NCBI GenBank assembly: GCA_050177605.1 | Contig: JBFXGX010000008.1 | Location: 1-64,000 of the forward strand | Direction of reading: 5' to 3' | Length of the DNA: 64,000 bases | From: Candidatus Izemoplasmatales bacterium | GTDB taxonomy: Bacteria; Bacillota_I; Bacilli_A; Izemoplasmatales; Hujiaoplasmataceae | Part shown: positions 60,775 through 64,000 of the stretch, piece after piece | Position numbering within the stretch: the first letter of the stretch is position 1 | Layout: each line of letters starts with the position of its first letter | Program-made: the position numbers and the translations under genes | Notes under the pieces: generated by a model | Seen by the model: only the letters and a program-made list of their open reading frames with translations | What the model was told of the DNA's origin: nothing | Databases searched by the model: none

Positions 60775-61527
60775 ATGAGATTAGTTACTTGGAATGTGAA
60801 TGGCCTCCGTGCCGCAATGAAAAAAGGTTTTGAGGACTTTTTTAAAGATGTTAACGCAGATATTTTTGCGATTCAAGAAACAAAGATGCATGAATCACAA
60901 AAAGATTTTGGTTTTCCATATTACAATGAATACTGGAACAATGCCGATAAAGCTGGATATTCAGGAACACTGATTTATACTTTAGAAAAACCTTTGAATG
61001 TTGTATATGGGATTGACGGTGAACTTTATAATGATGAGGGACGTGTCATTACACTTGAATTCGAGGATTTTTATTTTGTGAATGCCTACGTTCCTAATTC
61101 GAAAAGAGATTTATCTAGAATTCCATACCGAAAAGTGTTTGAAGACGATATGAGAGCTTATCTAAGCCGTTTAGATCAAACAAAACCTGTGATTTATACT
61201 GGAGACTTAAATGTAGCTCATCAAGAAATTGATTTAAAAAATCCTAGTACCAATCATCAAAATGCTGGATTTACTGACGATGAAAGAGAAAAGATGACAG
61301 CGTTACTGGCATCCGGATTTATTGATTCTTTCCGTATAAAATATCCTGATAAAATCCAGTATACATGGTGGTCTTATATGTTTAATTCAAGGATGAATAA
61401 TGCTGGATGGAGAATTGACTATTTTATTCTTTCTAAAAACCTAGAAGATAAAATTCAGGATGTCATTATTCGCGATGATGTCACCGGCAGTGACCACTGT
61501 CCAGTGGTATTAGAAATTGATGTTTAA
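60775..61527 (+). CDS. xth: Exodeoxyribonuclease III/AP endonuclease
   Basis: WNVNGLRA, QETK, YVPN, GDLNVAH, WRIDY, SDHCP. Confidence 0.95.
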   Translation: MRLVTWNVNGLRAAMKKGFEDFFKDVNADIFAIQETKMHESQKDFGFPYYNEYWNNADKAGYSGTLIYTLEKPLNVVYGIDGELYNDEGRVITLEFEDFYFVNAYVPNSKRDLSRIPYRKVFEDDMRAYLSRLDQTKPVIYTGDLNVAHQEIDLKNPSTNHQNAGFTDDEREKMTALLASGFIDSFRIKYPDKIQYTWWSYMFNSRMNNAGWRIDYFILSKNLEDKIQDVIIRDDVTGSDHCPVVLEIDV

Positions 61528-61629
61528 GGACGAATTTCGTCCTTTTTTTCTTTCAATAAAAAAAAAAGACAATCTCTTTTGACTTCACTTCATAAATAAG
61601 GTAGTATGGTGTAGAAGCGAGGTGAACCT

Positions 61630-62637
61630 ATGCAAGTTTTTAATTTTCTGAGTGATCAATTACTCAAGATGGTTTGGCTAGAACAAATCATCAATTGGCT
61701 TTTATTAAATGTCTTTGGGATGAACGGTGATAGTCTTCTTTTTAAAGCGGTGAGTTTCTTTTTATTTGATACAATTAAGATTTTTATTTTACTTTCAATC
61801 TTAATTTACTTATCGAGTTATATTCAATCCTATTTTTCACCTGAAAGAACCAAAAAAATCCTATCAAAGATAAAAGGATTTAAAGCGAATTTAGTGGGCG
61901 CCTTACTGGGAACCTTAACACCATTTTGTTCTTGTTCATCGATTCCGATTTTCATCGGTTTTACCAAAGCTGGTTTACCGATTGGCGTTACTTTCAGTTT
62001 CTTAATCTCTTCACCTTTAGTCGATTTAGCAAGTGTTATCTTAATCGCTAGTATCTTTGGTTGGACCGTCGCGCTGCTATACGTTCTTGTTGGAATTGTT
62101 CTTGCGGTCGTTGGTGGAACAATTATCAGTCTGATGAAAATGGAAAGATACGTCGAAGAGTTTGTCTTTACCCCAGTGAATATGACTGAAATCGAAGAAG
62201 CAGTGATGACAAGAAAAGACCGCCGTGTTTATGCCCGCGATCAAGTGAAAGAAATTATTCATCGTGTCTGGAAATATATTTTGATTGGCGTCGGAATTGG
62301 TGCGATTATTCATGGATTTATTCCACAGACGATTGTCGAAGCAGTGCTTGGTGAAAACAATCCATTTAGTGTCATACTCGCGACTCTTTTAGGAATTCCA
62401 ATGTATGCCGATATCTTCGGTACACTTCCTATCGCAAGTGCATTAGTATTAAAAGGTGTTGGACTAGGTACAGTACTTTCCTTTATGATGGCAGTGACTG
62501 CACTTTCCTTACCTTCGCTTATCTTACTTAAAAAAGTAGTTAAAACAAAGTTGTTAGTATTATTCGTTGTAATTATCACAGTTGGGATTATTTTTATTGG
62601 ATATTTATTTAATTATTTATTACCATTTTTGGTGTAG
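61630..62637 (+). CDS. ArsP/DUF318 permease
   Basis: TPFCSCSSIP, FLISSP, ALSLP. Confidence 0.88.
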   Translation: MQVFNFLSDQLLKMVWLEQIINWLLLNVFGMNGDSLLFKAVSFFLFDTIKIFILLSILIYLSSYIQSYFSPERTKKILSKIKGFKANLVGALLGTLTPFCSCSSIPIFIGFTKAGLPIGVTFSFLISSPLVDLASVILIASIFGWTVALLYVLVGIVLAVVGGTIISLMKMERYVEEFVFTPVNMTEIEEAVMTRKDRRVYARDQVKEIIHRVWKYILIGVGIGAIIHGFIPQTIVEAVLGENNPFSVILATLLGIPMYADIFGTLPIASALVLKGVGLGTVLSFMMAVTALSLPSLILLKKVVKTKLLVLFVVIITVGIIFIGYLFNYLLPFLV

Positions 62638-62646
62638 GAGGAAAGT

Positions 62647-62886
62647 ATGGAAATTAAAGTTTTAGGAACTGGATGTGCAAATTGTAAGCATTTATTACAA
62701 CTCGTAGAGTACGCTGTAAAGAAAAAAGAAGTGAATGCAAAAATCGAGTATATTACGGATATTGTGGAAATATCTAGTTACGCTTTGTTAAGAACACCAG
62801 GTCTCATTATCAATTCGAAAATCGTTTCGTATGGTAGGGTACCAAAACTCGATGAAATAGAGCAAATGATTGAGGAAAACCGGTAA
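62647..62886 (+). CDS. Small thioredoxin-like protein (MTH895 family)
   Basis: IKVLGTGCANC, TPGL. Confidence 0.85.
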   Translation: MEIKVLGTGCANCKHLLQLVEYAVKKKEVNAKIEYITDIVEISSYALLRTPGLIINSKIVSYGRVPKLDEIEQMIEENR

Positions 62887-63007
62887 TCTGCTTGATTCAA
62901 TGCAAGGTAGATGAAATATTTGTAAGATTATGACTTAGTTAAGAGGATACTCTTAACTTTTTCTTTTTATTTTGATATACTTAAAATAAGAAATTAGGTG
63001 AAAACAC

Positions 63008-63700
63008 GTGAATAGTACTTTTTTAAAATGGATTGCGATTATTACGATGACAATTGATCATATCGGTTTATACCTGATTGACCCAAGTGTTCATTTACTC
63101 ATGTATAATGTGCTCAGAAGTGTTGGAAGAATTGCTTTTCCACTTTTTGCCTTTTTTATTGCCCAGGGATTTATGCATACGAGGGATTTGAAAAAGTATT
63201 TTACAAGACTTTTCGTTTTTGCATTAGCAATTGAGTTTTTCTTGTTTATCTATTTCTTATTCACAAAGGAACTCTATATGGTCGTCGCTAATGTTTTTTG
63301 GCCACTGGTCTTTGGATTACTTGCGATTATATTCGTTTCTACAAAAAAGCCACTCTATATTGTTATAGGGCTTAGTTTGATCATCCTAGCTGATTTTCTC
63401 GGTTTTCCTTATGGCGGGTATGGGGTAGCAACGGTTTTAGTTTTTGCCTTTGTAAAACCATTTTATAAACAAGCTCTCTATTTTGTATTGATCAACTTAC
63501 TCTATATTGACTACCCACTGGTATACTTATTACCGAATTATCATTTGAAATATGATAATCCGATTCAATGGTTTGCGCTTCTTGCGCTGATTCCAATCTA
63601 TTTCTATAACGGTAAAAAAGGAAAGATGAATTCCTATTTCTTTTATATCTACTATCCACTTCACTTAGTGGTAATTTTAGGAATTGCGTTTTTAAGGTAG
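63008..63700 (+). CDS. TraX-family membrane acyltransferase
   Basis: LKWIAIITMTIDH, GRIAFPLF, YNGKKG, FYIYYPLHL. Confidence 0.88.
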   Translation: MNSTFLKWIAIITMTIDHIGLYLIDPSVHLLMYNVLRSVGRIAFPLFAFFIAQGFMHTRDLKKYFTRLFVFALAIEFFLFIYFLFTKELYMVVANVFWPLVFGLLAIIFVSTKKPLYIVIGLSLIILADFLGFPYGGYGVATVLVFAFVKPFYKQALYFVLINLLYIDYPLVYLLPNYHLKYDNPIQWFALLALIPIYFYNGKKGKMNSYFFYIYYPLHLVVILGIAFLR

Positions 63701-63711
63701 GAGGATATTTT

Positions 63712-64000
63712 ATGTTGAAAGTATTTTTCCCTGATGAGATCAAACAAATCGAAGCGCTAATGATGGAGCGTCACTGCTTATCTAGTAGCGATTTAGTGAT
63801 GAATGCGGTGGATAATCTATGTCAATATTTAACCAAAGAGAATCAAATCAAAAAAGAAGAACTAACCACGGTGATTATTGGACCAGGCAATAACGGAGAA
63901 GATGGACTTGGACTAGCAAAAGAATTAATTCGTCATGGCTATTTCGTCAAAATTTTATCGTGTGGTAGAAATGATTTCTTTGGTTCTATCAGTTATGAAC
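63712..64000 (+). CDS. NAD(P)HX epimerase (YjeF-N/NnrE), truncated by the window end
   Basis: Own translation from ATG 63712 after GGAGG: MLKVFFPDEIKQIE...IGPGNNGEDG. Confidence 0.8.
   Translation, partial: MLKVFFPDEIKQIEALMMERHCLSSSDLVMNAVDNLCQYLTKENQIKKEELTTVIIGPGNNGEDGLGLAKELIRHGYFVKILSCGRNDFFGSISYE

Noticed and set aside
63008..63700. traX as evidence of a conjugative element
   Set aside because: No relaxase, T4SS or integrase nearby; TraX-family genes often occur alone among housekeeping genes
815..63743. Short antisense or overlapping ORFs in the track (e.g. 3902-4234, 10534-10860, 14271-14675, 28498-28809, 44910-45251)
   Set aside because: They lie within well-supported genes and have no RBS or recognisable motifs

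Overview
AT-rich bacterial chromosomal segment read with genetic code 11 (TGA is used as stop). Gene content and style suggest an Acholeplasmatales/Izemoplasmatales-like Mollicute or a related low-GC Bacillota; this is inference. About 65 CDS, mostly transport, metabolism, redox and repair. No rRNA, intact tRNA or CRISPR array was seen. The first ~1.75 kb looks like the edge of a mobile region: a TGTCA-capped end with four phased repeats, a Fic gene with a periodic operator array, and a promoter-to-terminator unit with no ORF. Best leads: (1) a psuG-WYL-rtcB cluster, a possible damage-sensing RNA repair/salvage module; (2) a gnd-zwf operon whose third, overlapping gene is a cyclase-family hydrolase where pgl is usually found, a candidate non-orthologous 6-phosphogluconolactonase; (3) an AAGCA element whose AGCA starts exactly 33 bp before the -10 box at four redox promoters (frnE/dsbA, trxB, gnd-zwf, ldhA), resembling an Spx regulon; (4) a three-component sugar sensor (SBP-HK-RR) upstream of mglBAC whose regulator has an in-frame TAA; (5) FabX-like, YghO/bCerS-like and LtaS-like lipid enzymes. 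All family calls come from motif recognition by eye, without database searches.
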